Assembly (NCBI GenBank): GCA_030842085.1
Contig: JAUUSE010000004.1
Location: 638 to 64,637, forward strand
Source of the DNA: Bacillota bacterium
Lineage (GTDB): Bacteria; Bacillota; Clostridia; Oscillospirales; Acutalibacteraceae
DNA: 64,000 bases
Direction: 5' to 3'
Shown here piece by piece: positions 8,665 to 18,544 of this stretch. Under the pieces are notes generated by a model. The model was not told the DNA's origin, did not search any database, and was given only the letters and a program-made list of their open reading frames with translations. The first letter of the stretch is position 1. The number at the start of each line of letters is the position of its first letter. Made by a program: the position numbers and the translations under genes.

Positions 8665-9363
8665 ATGGAAGAAACAATATTAATTGTAGACGATGAATGC
8701 GAAATAGCAGATTTAGTTGAGGTTTATCTAAAAAATGAAGGATATGCTGTATTCAAATTTTATAATTCTGCCGACGCGCTTAAGTGCGTTGAAAGAGAAA
8801 AAATAAGCCTTGCTATTCTCGATGTTATGCTGCCAGATATGGATGGCTTTACATTATGTCAAAAAATAAGGGAAAACCATCTCTTCCCTATCATAATGCT
8901 TACTGCAAAGGTCGAAGATATAGACAAAATAACCGGCCTTACGCTTGGTGCAGACGATTATATCACCAAGCCTTTTAATCCTCTTGAATTAGTCGCAAGA
9001 GTAAAAACACAGCTAAGAAGATACAAGCGGTATAATTTGCCTGAATCGGCTTTTGACAATATTGACGAATATGATATACGCGGGCTTCATATTTCTAAAG
9101 GCAGCCATGAATGCACGCTTAACGGGAAAAATTTGGCTCTTACACCTATTGAATTTAATATTTTGTGGTATTTATGCGAGCATCTTGACAGCGTCGTATC
9201 ATCTGAAGAACTGTTTGAAGCGGTTTGGGGAGAAAAATATCTTGACAGCAACAATACGGTAATGGCCCATATAGCGCGGCTGCGCGAAAAAATGGGTGAA
9301 CCGGCGCGCAGACCTAAATTTATAAAAACCGTGTGGGGAGTTGGCTATAAAATTGAAAAATAA
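8665..9363 (+). CDS. OmpR-family response regulator, VanR-like
   Basis: Receiver domain (ILIVDDE..LDVMLPDMDGF..LTAK) plus winged-helix domain (..LTPIEFNILWYL..IKTVWGVGYKI). Confidence 0.85.
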   Translation: MEETILIVDDECEIADLVEVYLKNEGYAVFKFYNSADALKCVEREKISLAILDVMLPDMDGFTLCQKIRENHLFPIIMLTAKVEDIDKITGLTLGADDYITKPFNPLELVARVKTQLRRYKRYNLPESAFDNIDEYDIRGLHISKGSHECTLNGKNLALTPIEFNILWYLCEHLDSVVSSEELFEAVWGEKYLDSNNTVMAHIARLREKMGEPARRPKFIKTVWGVGYKIEK

Positions 9364-10495
9364 TATTCTTAAATCATCTGACGATTACCGACAGCTTAAA
9401 CGTAAAATATTTTTAAGAACGCTTATTATGCTTGTAATCTCTATTGCAGTTATTTGGTTCTTGTCTGTTATTGTGGTTCGCGGGAATTTTGCAAACGGTA
9501 TGGTCAGCCTAATTCAAAGACTTTTTAACTTGGATTACAATTCTGCCTTAGATTTGTATTCAATTATTTTCCGCAATAATAAATATATATTAATATTGAT
9601 AGCTATAGCCGTGGTTTTTATAATTATTTTCCGAATTTATCTTAACTGGTTTTCTAAATACTTTAACGAGATAAACCGCGGCATCGATGCCCTCGCTAAA
9701 GAGGATGGCGGAGATATTGTTCTTTCTGACGAACTGGCAGCAACTAAGAAAAAAATAAATTCTATAAAGCATACGCTGCAGCAGCGGGAGTTTGACGCGC
9801 AATTAGCCGAACAGCGAAAAAACGACCTTATAGTATATCTTGCCCACGACCTCAAAACTCCGCTTACGTCTGTTATTGGATACCTTACGCTTCTACATGA
9901 CGAGCGTCAAATTTCTGAAGAGCTGCGTGAAAAATATTTAGCTATTTCTCTTGACAAAGCAGAGCGCTTGGAAGATTTAATAAATGAATTTTTCGAAATA
10001 ACACGCTTTAATTTATCAAACATTGAGCTGCAGCTAAGTTATGTAAATCTTTCAAGAATGCTGCAGCAGCTTATATTTGAATTTAAGCCTATGTTTTCGG
10101 AGAAAAATCTTGACTGCAAGTTAGATATAGCTCCTGACATTTCTTTACGCTGCGACGTAGACAAAATGCAGAGAGTTTTTGATAATCTCCTTATAAATGC
10201 TGTAAATTACAGCTATAACGGCAGCACTATAAATATATCTGTCGCTCAGGATGAGAACGGCACGCTCATTAAATTTGTAAACAGCGGAAATACCATTCCT
10301 AAAGAAAAGCTCAGCAGGATATTCGAGCAGTTTTATCGCCTTGATTCGTCACGCAGCGCCAAAAGCGGCGGCTCAGGTCTTGGTCTTGCTATCGCAAAGC
10401 AAATAATCGAGCTTCATGGAGGAAAAATTTCCGCTGAAAGTCATAATGATACTGTTTCATTCATTATTTGGCTTCCATTAACGCCTGAAGAGTAA
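9341..10495 (+). CDS. Sensor histidine kinase, VanS-like
   Basis: Two N-terminal TM segments. H-box YLAHDLKTPLTSVIGYLTLL; ..INEFFEITRFN..; N/G boxes ..FEQFYRLDSSRS..GGSGLGLAIAKQIIELHGG. By recollection this is very similar to VanS. Confidence 0.85.
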   Translation: MAIKLKNNILKSSDDYRQLKRKIFLRTLIMLVISIAVIWFLSVIVVRGNFANGMVSLIQRLFNLDYNSALDLYSIIFRNNKYILILIAIAVVFIIIFRIYLNWFSKYFNEINRGIDALAKEDGGDIVLSDELAATKKKINSIKHTLQQREFDAQLAEQRKNDLIVYLAHDLKTPLTSVIGYLTLLHDERQISEELREKYLAISLDKAERLEDLINEFFEITRFNLSNIELQLSYVNLSRMLQQLIFEFKPMFSEKNLDCKLDIAPDISLRCDVDKMQRVFDNLLINAVNYSYNGSTINISVAQDENGTLIKFVNSGNTIPKEKLSRIFEQFYRLDSSRSAKSGGSGLGLAIAKQIIELHGGKISAESHNDTVSFIIWLPLTPEE

Positions 10496-10633
10496 GCATT
10501 CAAGGCTCTTGCTTATGAAAATCATTTATAGTGTCGTCAGGCAGCAAAAGCTGTTTTTGCATGGCGACTCAATAAATTTAAAGATTATATTTTTGGAATG
10601 CTTTTTGCGCACATTTAAATTTGACAAAATTCG

Positions 10634-10666
10634 TCGTAAGAAAATCGTAAGAATTTCGTTGTATAA
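10634..10666 (+). promoter_or_regulatory. Tandem 11-bp VanR-type boxes TCGTAAGAAAA / TCGTAAGAATT / TCGTTGTATAA overlapping a -35 position
   Basis: Three head-to-tail TCGT-phased units at 10634, 10645 and 10656. TATAAA at 10662-10667 is a possible -10. The pattern resembles the direct-repeat sites used by VanR/OmpR-family activators. Confidence 0.4.
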
Positions 10667-10704
10667 ATGTAAGCTATTATTCTAAAAAAGCGAAAATATA
10701 TTTA

Positions 10705-10750
10705 TCCCCTTTCTGGTACGATAATCGTACAAAAAGGGGATTTTTATTTT
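10705..10750 (+). terminator. Intrinsic terminator-like hairpin about 40 nt downstream of the VanR-box promoter
   Basis: TCCCCTTT..(inner hairpin GTACGAtaaTCGTAC)..AAAGGGGA followed by TTTTTATTTTT. Confidence 0.5.
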
Positions 10751-10973
10751 TATAAGTCAAATTTACAGCAGTTAATCATTACGGCAGCACACTTTTTAAA
10801 GTTACAGCATTATCTTCTTTATAACAAAACTGCACACCAAATCTACGACATTTTATAATGCTCAGTTTTGTCGCTGTATACAGCGCCGTGCTGTACATAA
10901 AAGCATTGCAAGGATTTACACTGCTTCGGCTGCTTATTATCCCAATAAATTTATAAGGAGCATAAATAACTCT

Positions 10974-11801
10974 ATGTCAAGAAAACGACTGACTGAAATT
11001 TTTCCATCTCTTCTGCCGTTTAGAAAAGCAGAGAAAAAGTTTTTCTTTTATTTAAAAATGAAATTTGACGGGCATCATTATTCCGAAACAGTTCTTAAAA
11101 ATCAACTGCCATTTAAGCTTTTTGAAGCGCGCTCAAACATGTTTAACCAATACACTGGATTTGATGCATCATATCAAACTAACAAGGCTCACAATTTAAG
11201 GCTGGCCGCTGCAAAATTAGACGGCATGATTGTTTATCCCGGAGAAACATTTTCATTATGTCAGGCAATAAGAAATGCGGACAAGGAGATACCTTACAAA
11301 AACGGCCTGATTCTAATGAACGGAAGATGGACTACAGCTTACGGCGGAGGATTATGCCAAATAAGCAGCCTTCTGTTTTGGCTATTTTTGCATTCACCTC
11401 TTACAATAATTGAACGTCACGGACACGGAATACAAAATTTTCCGTATAATTTTTACGATGGAGTAAAGGGTGTAGACGCCGCAATATATGAAGGCTGGCT
11501 TGATTTGAAAGCAAAAAATGACACCGATTATGCATTTCAAATAAAAATAGAGTTTAATAATGAAAACATTATCGGCCAGCTTTTTGCCCAGCGCGACATC
11601 GGATTGTCATACAGCATTACCAATGGAAACACTGTATACTATAGGAAAAACGGAAAAATATATGAAGAAACCGATATACTGCGCAGCATTATGTCAGATA
11701 TGTCAAATCAAAGTATAGCTATGGAAAGGCTTTACAGAAACAAATGCCAAATCGGATATGAGCTTCCAAGCAACACTTTAATTGATGATAAATATATATA
11801 A
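10974..11801 (+). CDS. VanW-family protein
   Basis: ..PGETFSLCQAIRN..NGRWTTAYGGGLCQISSLLFWLFLHSPL..ERHGH.. matches the VanW-domain signature. RBS AAGGAG. Confidence 0.8.
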   Translation: MSRKRLTEIFPSLLPFRKAEKKFFFYLKMKFDGHHYSETVLKNQLPFKLFEARSNMFNQYTGFDASYQTNKAHNLRLAAAKLDGMIVYPGETFSLCQAIRNADKEIPYKNGLILMNGRWTTAYGGGLCQISSLLFWLFLHSPLTIIERHGHGIQNFPYNFYDGVKGVDAAIYEGWLDLKAKNDTDYAFQIKIEFNNENIIGQLFAQRDIGLSYSITNGNTVYYRKNGKIYEETDILRSIMSDMSNQSIAMERLYRNKCQIGYELPSNTLIDDKYI

Positions 11802-12117
11802 ATTTCGTATAGGCAATTTTAATTAAAGCTATGTCACGTTTGAAACTCTGACTAATTTTATTATAAGCGCATGTAAATTCTATGACAAAACTTAAAAATA
11901 AAAATGTGCTTGAAAGAATTATACATCAAATCTTTATGTAACAAGATAGTTCTAAATCTCAGTCACTTTAATAGTTTTCTCATTACAAAAAGCGTAGCAA
12001 GTAAAGTTCATATCTTCCCTTGTATTGCTTATTCCGACGTGTAAAGAGACAGCAAAAAAGGTGCCCTCTCCAGATGATATCAGCTACCTGTCATCTAACA
12101 TACCAGCATATCAGCTG

Positions 12118-12504
12118 TTAAAACTCCAATTCCACGCTATCACTGCTGGAGGTGGTGCGTTCCAGTAGTTCATGCCAGACGTCATATCCAAGTTCAATTT
12201 GAAAAAATTCCTGACTCTCCGGATTCATACGTCTAGGGTATATCGTAATTTTCTCGTCTGTCTGGGCAATTAAAACACTTTCATGCTCTTCCCGTGCCGC
12301 TGCTTTCTCCATCGTCAGCCCGACCAGAATATCAGGCTCATATGGAAGCGCATCCGGGAATCCCAGCCTAGCTTCCTCGAGAAAGCTATCAGCATCAATC
12401 GCAGTCATTTCAGGACATGGAATATAATTGGAATACTGCCCATCTTCAAGCACCACCGCCACGAAATTGCCGTTTTTATCCTCATAGAGTTTAGTTGTGA
12501 TCAT
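12118..12504 (-). CDS. Hypothetical acidic protein, 128 aa
   Basis: Clean ORF with an RBS (AGGGAGG), no recognised family. It sits directly downstream, on the same strand, of the repetitive block next to tRNA-Leu. Confidence 0.5.
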   Translation of the reverse strand: MITTKLYEDKNGNFVAVVLEDGQYSNYIPCPEMTAIDADSFLEEARLGFPDALPYEPDILVGLTMEKAAAREEHESVLIAQTDEKITIYPRRMNPESQEFFQIELGYDVWHELLERTTSSSDSVELEF

Positions 12505-12858
12505 TACTTTTGCCTCCCTTGTTTTTTATATTATATATTACTAAAAAATAATAGTAAAGGACTTCTTTGTCAGTCACATTTCGTGAAGCAGGCCGCGTTT
12601 GCGTCTAATAGGAAAAGACGCTGCAAACAATACCCAGCAGTCTTTTTTCCGAAAAAGGTTGGTAGCAAGCCAGAGCTGTCATGAGCGCGCTTGCAAACGA
12701 GCAGGCGACGTGAGCATGACACTTTTTGTGGGTGGTAACGGCAGTCTGTGCAGTGAAGCCGTGATTTTAAAAAATCGCAACTAACCCAATGGCTCACCGC
12801 GATATATGGTTGCGCTGCAAACAATACCCACTATAAGCACGAGCAACAAGATAAAAAG

Positions 12859-12894
12859 CTGAATCTGGAACGCGAACACGCGTCCAGGCTCAGC
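12859..12894 (-). terminator. Second, tRNA-less copy of the tRNA-Leu terminator
   Basis: 35 of 36 nt identical to 13336-13371. On the minus strand it reads CCTGGACGCGtgttCGCGTTCCAG followed by attcagcttttta. Confidence 0.55.
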
Positions 12895-13335
12895 CTGTCA
12901 GCAGGCAACAAAAGAGATGCCTGCGAAAAGTTTTGAAATAGACTCGAACCCGCAAAAAGTTGGTAGCGACAGGAGCCCGTTGCGAGGGCGTTTTGGGCCG
13001 GGCAGGTGAGCCGGGCGAGACTTTTTGCGGAAGAGGAGGAACAGTGGAGCGGGTGACTGATTTTTTATGGAATAAAAAATCAGAACTAGCGCAACTCGTT
13101 CCGACGTGAGAAACGTTGACAAAAAAGATATCCGTGCGCATTTAGGAAACCAAACCGCAACCGCTGGCGCTGGGTTGCGGTTTGGAAAGGAGGCGCAAGG
13201 GAGCGGGTGGATGACGTCTTTTTTTGCCGCAAGCATAAAAAGACGTCGGAGTAAAGCGGACTTTGCTCCAGCGTGGGTTATATTGACAAAATAGATATCC
13301 GCTATAAGCGCGAGAGTCAAGGCAAAAGAAAAAAA

Positions 13336-13371
13336 CTGAACCTGGAACGCGAACACGCGTCCAGGCTCAGC
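13336..13371 (-). terminator. Rho-independent terminator of tRNA-Leu
   Basis: On the minus strand: CCTGGACGCGtgttCGCGTTCCAGG followed by ttcagttttttt, immediately 3' of the tRNA CCA end. Confidence 0.7.
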
Positions 13372-13372
13372 T

Positions 13373-13459
13373 TGGTGCCGGTGGCGGGGGTCGAACCCGC
13401 ACGTCCTTGCGGACAACGGATTTTGAGTCCGTCTCGTCTGCCAGTTCCAACACACCGGC
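13373..13459 (-). tRNA. tRNA-Leu (anticodon CAA), CCA encoded
   Basis: The reverse complement GCCGGTGTGTTGGAACTGGCAGACGAGACGGACTCAAAATCCGTTGTCCGCAAGGACGTGCGGGTTCGACCCCCGCCACCGGCACCA folds as a cloverleaf. It has a 7-bp acceptor stem, anticodon loop CUCAAAA, a long variable arm and a GTTCGAC T-loop. Confidence 0.95.
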
Positions 13460-13646
13460 ATATAAATGCTATAAAGCCACTTTATTATCTCAGCGTCAAA
13501 ACGCCTTAAAGAGATGCCTTTAAAACACCAACAGCATTTCCAAATTTATATGCCTGTATATTATATCACATAAATTCTAAAAATCAACGGATATTCGCAC
13601 CATTTTTTTCAATACTAATAATAACACCTCTAAAGGAGATATTATT

Positions 13647-13856
13647 ATGGATAAAAAAATAAAAAAAGTAAGCGGAAACAAGGGAAATCAAGGCGTTCTG
13701 ACGAGCAAAATCCCGGCTAAAAGCATCAATGACGAGTTTTCCACTCAGGCTATATCACAGCCCGACAAGAGGCAGCCCAAAACCGGCGTTGCTCTTCCGG
13801 ACGATGAAAATGTAGAACGTGCAAGAAACTGGGTCGACGAAAACGGATTAAGCTAA
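13647..13856 (+). CDS. Small DUF3787-like (clostridial spore-associated) protein
   Basis: 69 aa with RBS AAGGAG. The C-terminal ..VALPDDENVERARNWVDENG.. resembles the conserved DUF3787 tail, from memory of the family. Confidence 0.5.
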   Translation: MDKKIKKVSGNKGNQGVLTSKIPAKSINDEFSTQAISQPDKRQPKTGVALPDDENVERARNWVDENGLS

Positions 13857-14205
13857 AAACATCATACTGTTTTTAAGACAGCACTTAAAGTTTTACCCTC
13901 TAAAAGCTAAGCAGTGTCAACTGCATACGGCCAATATGATAACTAAAATCAGCATAGCAGCCATTATTCAAAAGCTATGCTGATTTTTCTGTGCAAAAGC
14001 AGCTCGATAAAAACAATCTCTCACTGTGCAGCCGCTCACTGGCATAAAGACATTTCCGGCAGTATATCCGATATAATAGCCTTTATAATATTAAAACGGT
14101 CTGTGGAATTTTTATATCTGCTGCTTTAAATATCTAACCGAAGGTCAATGCTGAGGTCAAACATGATTAAGGCAAGGCATCACGTTTAATTATTTGCAGC
14201 AAGCA

Positions 14206-16203
<1,998 letters not shown>

Positions 16204-16287
16204 TCACGACATGAGTATGTTATGACTAAATGCTTTATTTTCGCAAGTTGAAATCTACGCATAGGCTGTTTGCTTTTAATAAATCCG

Positions 16288-16971
16288 TCAGCTTTCTCCA
16301 CTCTGCCCTGCATATGCGGACTCTTCGGACGTGTTAGATGCACCCGCTGCAATATTCGCATAAACGTTCGGCACGCTTCCTACAAGTATCGTCTCGGCAA
16401 TTAAATAGCTTGATGCTATCTCTACAGATGTGCTGTGCCACGATGATACCAAATATACCGTTGTCGTCACTTTCAGCATAATGCGGTGCAGCGTCTGATT
16501 TATTCCCGCGCTTTCAAACACGTTTTCATATGACGTCAGGACTCCTTCGGCAAACTGCAGCTTAAAACTGAGCTTAGGGCCGCGGCCCATAAGCAAGTCG
16601 CTGCCGGTAAAGGTTCCTATCGGCACCTTAAACTCGCTGTATTCGCTGCTCGATAAGTTTTCCATAATCTTATCGCTTATTTTCGATTTAAGCTGGTTCA
16701 TTTTTACGGTGTCGGTCTGTATTGCTGATATCTGCGAGCTGTCGTCCTTTTGCAGAGTTACAAGCTCAGAATAACTTATTCCGTCCTCCGCAAGGACCGC
16801 GTCTACAGCATTGTTAAAGGCTTTCTCTGCTATATTTTGAGCATATACTTCAGATATATTCGAAATAGACGGCCACATGCAGCCGTCTATTGCTATAAAA
16901 GCAACAGCAATTATGATAATTATTATGAGCAGTTTCTTTATCGGACTGCTTCTGCGTCGCCCCATCTTCAT
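16288..16971 (-). CDS. yunB: Sporulation protein YunB
   Basis: N-terminal TM segment, then ..NISEVYAQNIAEKAFNNAVDAVL.. and ..HRIMLKVTTTVYLV.., typical of YunB. Confidence 0.7.
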   Translation of the reverse strand: MKMGRRRSSPIKKLLIIIIIIAVAFIAIDGCMWPSISNISEVYAQNIAEKAFNNAVDAVLAEDGISYSELVTLQKDDSSQISAIQTDTVKMNQLKSKISDKIMENLSSSEYSEFKVPIGTFTGSDLLMGRGPKLSFKLQFAEGVLTSYENVFESAGINQTLHRIMLKVTTTVYLVSSWHSTSVEIASSYLIAETILVGSVPNVYANIAAGASNTSEESAYAGQSGES

Positions 16972-17336
16972 AAAATTTGCCCCTTTGAAAATATACTTTT
17001 ACTCTATTACCAGTATATACAAAGGAGCTTTTTTGGTGAAAAAATGGCTCTTTTAACGTCCTAATTTTAATTTTTATGCTATTTTTTATTTTCCAGCTGA
17101 TTTTAATGCTATGCTGCGGCCGACCATTTTAATTAATCGTTCGTTATATGCCCACCGGCACCAACAGCCGCATATCATTCGGCAAGCAGTATATCGTCGG
17201 AAAGAGGCTGTGCTGCATTGGGCGCCCAAACGCTTCCAAACAGCGGCCGCCCCGACGATGCGGCAAGCTGCCTGCTGTCGGCTTCAAGAGTAAAGGCAAT
17301 TACTCATCCGTATGGAAGCGGCAAATGGCTTAAGCG

Positions 17337-17981
17337 CTACTCCGCCGGCTGCGCGTCAAGCTTCCAGCTTTCGGTATTCACTATTGTCGCCGCCATCATG
17401 GTGCCGTCATTGAATATGAATGTCACTCTATTTGTGCCGTATGTATACACCAATATCCGATAATTTTCAAGTACGGGACCAAGCATGAAAAACACATCGC
17501 TCTTCTCCGGCTGGCCGCTGCGCTCCGGCTGTCCGAGATGTGCTATTACATCATCCTCCGTCGCCACATAAAGCGGAAAACCATACGGCTCGCTGTAGCT
17601 GACTATGGCCGATATAACCTCATTTGAATCCGGAAGATAACAATACAGCTCGTTTACGGCGTTAAGCTCTATATGACTGCTGAACTCATTCTCTGTAAGT
17701 GTTATCTCACCGTGGCCGTCGTCCGCGCTCGATTCTGTGCTGCTCGCAGCGTTTTCATAATATGCCCTTACCGCGTCCGCATTGTCGCCTAATTTTATCT
17801 CAAGCGGATACATCTGTCCGGCTGTTGCGTATTCGCTCACATTTACCGGCGTAAACGATAAGTCCGGCTGCGACACAAACGGCGCTTCAGACGATACCGT
17901 ACCGCTGCTGCCGTCACCGCATGATGTCAGCAGTCCAACAACCATAAATAATGACATAAACAAAGCTGTCAGTTTTTTCAT
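17337..17981 (-). CDS. Lipoprotein, function unknown
   Basis: Signal peptide with lipobox (MKKLTALFMSLFMVVGLLTSCGDG). Confidence 0.6.
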   Translation of the reverse strand: MKKLTALFMSLFMVVGLLTSCGDGSSGTVSSEAPFVSQPDLSFTPVNVSEYATAGQMYPLEIKLGDNADAVRAYYENAASSTESSADDGHGEITLTENEFSSHIELNAVNELYCYLPDSNEVISAIVSYSEPYGFPLYVATEDDVIAHLGQPERSGQPEKSDVFFMLGPVLENYRILVYTYGTNRVTFIFNDGTMMAATIVNTESWKLDAQPAE

Positions 17982-18119
17982 TTACTAATCCTCCAATATA
18001 TCGATGATTTTGTGCAAATCGTTTATTCAACTATATCAGCCGCGCCGCTCACAGCAGGCGATACGCTTATAGAAGCGTGCCATTGCTATGCTGACGGCCG
18101 ACTTTAGACTGTACCGGCT

Positions 18120-18530
18120 TCAATCAGTAGTTTGTCCATGTATAACAGAGTTTCTCCGACCAAATCCGCATCGTAAAAAGGCGCTGCCGCTTTCATTGTC
18201 GCCGAATACGGTGATGGGCTCTTATTATGCTAAGCCCCACAAGCCGGCTTCAAAGGCGCCCAAATGCTTAGCTTCCGTTTTCTGCCAGAGATGCTGCCTA
18301 CTCACCGCTATGTGATAAATATAATCTCTTCTGCCGTCATCTTTTTCAATGACCGCTCCGATGATTTTCCAATTTCTCCGCTGCAAAGCAGGTTTGGAGA
18401 TTTCTTTTTAATTTTTCTCTGCCGTTTTTGAAATAGTCGGCATTCTTTAGTCAAATGCCGGCGTACAGGCGCCATAACGAGTAAACATTGTTGCCGTTTT
18501 TGTACATGTTCTTGTCTTCATTTTTCGCCG
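18120..18530 (-). pseudogene. Probable decayed GNAT-family N-acetyltransferase gene
   Basis: Reverse translation gives ..VYSLWRLYAGI*LKNADYFKNGREKLKRNLQTCFAAEKLE(frameshift)KIIGAVIEKDDGRRDYIYHIAVSRQH..GLA**EPITVFGDNESGSAFLRCGFGRR..*. GNAT-like motifs are interrupted by in-frame stops and at least one frameshift. Confidence 0.4.
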
Positions 18531-18544
18531 TGCATAATTACGAT

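Larger units (their letters stand above)
12570..13372. repeat. ORF-free, hairpin-dense, internally repetitive block (degenerate modules of about 150-200 nt)
   Basis: Repeat pairs:
- GCTGCAAACAATACCCA at 12620-12636 and 12814-12830.
- AAAAAG(G)TTGGTAGC.. at 12652 and 12954.
- GAGCGGGTG plus an A/T-stem hairpin at 13047 and 13201.
- TTGACAAAA(A/T)AGATATCCG at 13116-13134 and 13283-13301.
- A 36-nt terminator copy at 12859-12894 and 13336-13371.

Long inverted repeats: CCGCAAAAAGT(12949-12959)...ACTTTTTGCGG(13020-13030), GACGTCTTTTT..AAAAAGACGTC (13213-13247), AAACCGCAACC..GGTTGCGGTTT (13152-13183). Only stop-free shadow ORFs are present. Confidence 0.6.

Noticed and set aside
12570-13372. Possible CRISPR array
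   Set aside because: The repeats are of different lengths and sequences, imperfect, and not regularly spaced with unique spacers. No cas genes are in the window.
12898-13461. 187-aa minus-strand ORF and overlapping ORFs (12890-13141, 13106-13294, 13273-13509) in the repeat block
   Set aside because: The 187-aa ORF runs through the tRNA-Leu gene and its terminator. All of them are Arg/Pro/Ala-rich, lack an RBS, and are explained by elevated GC giving stop-free frames.
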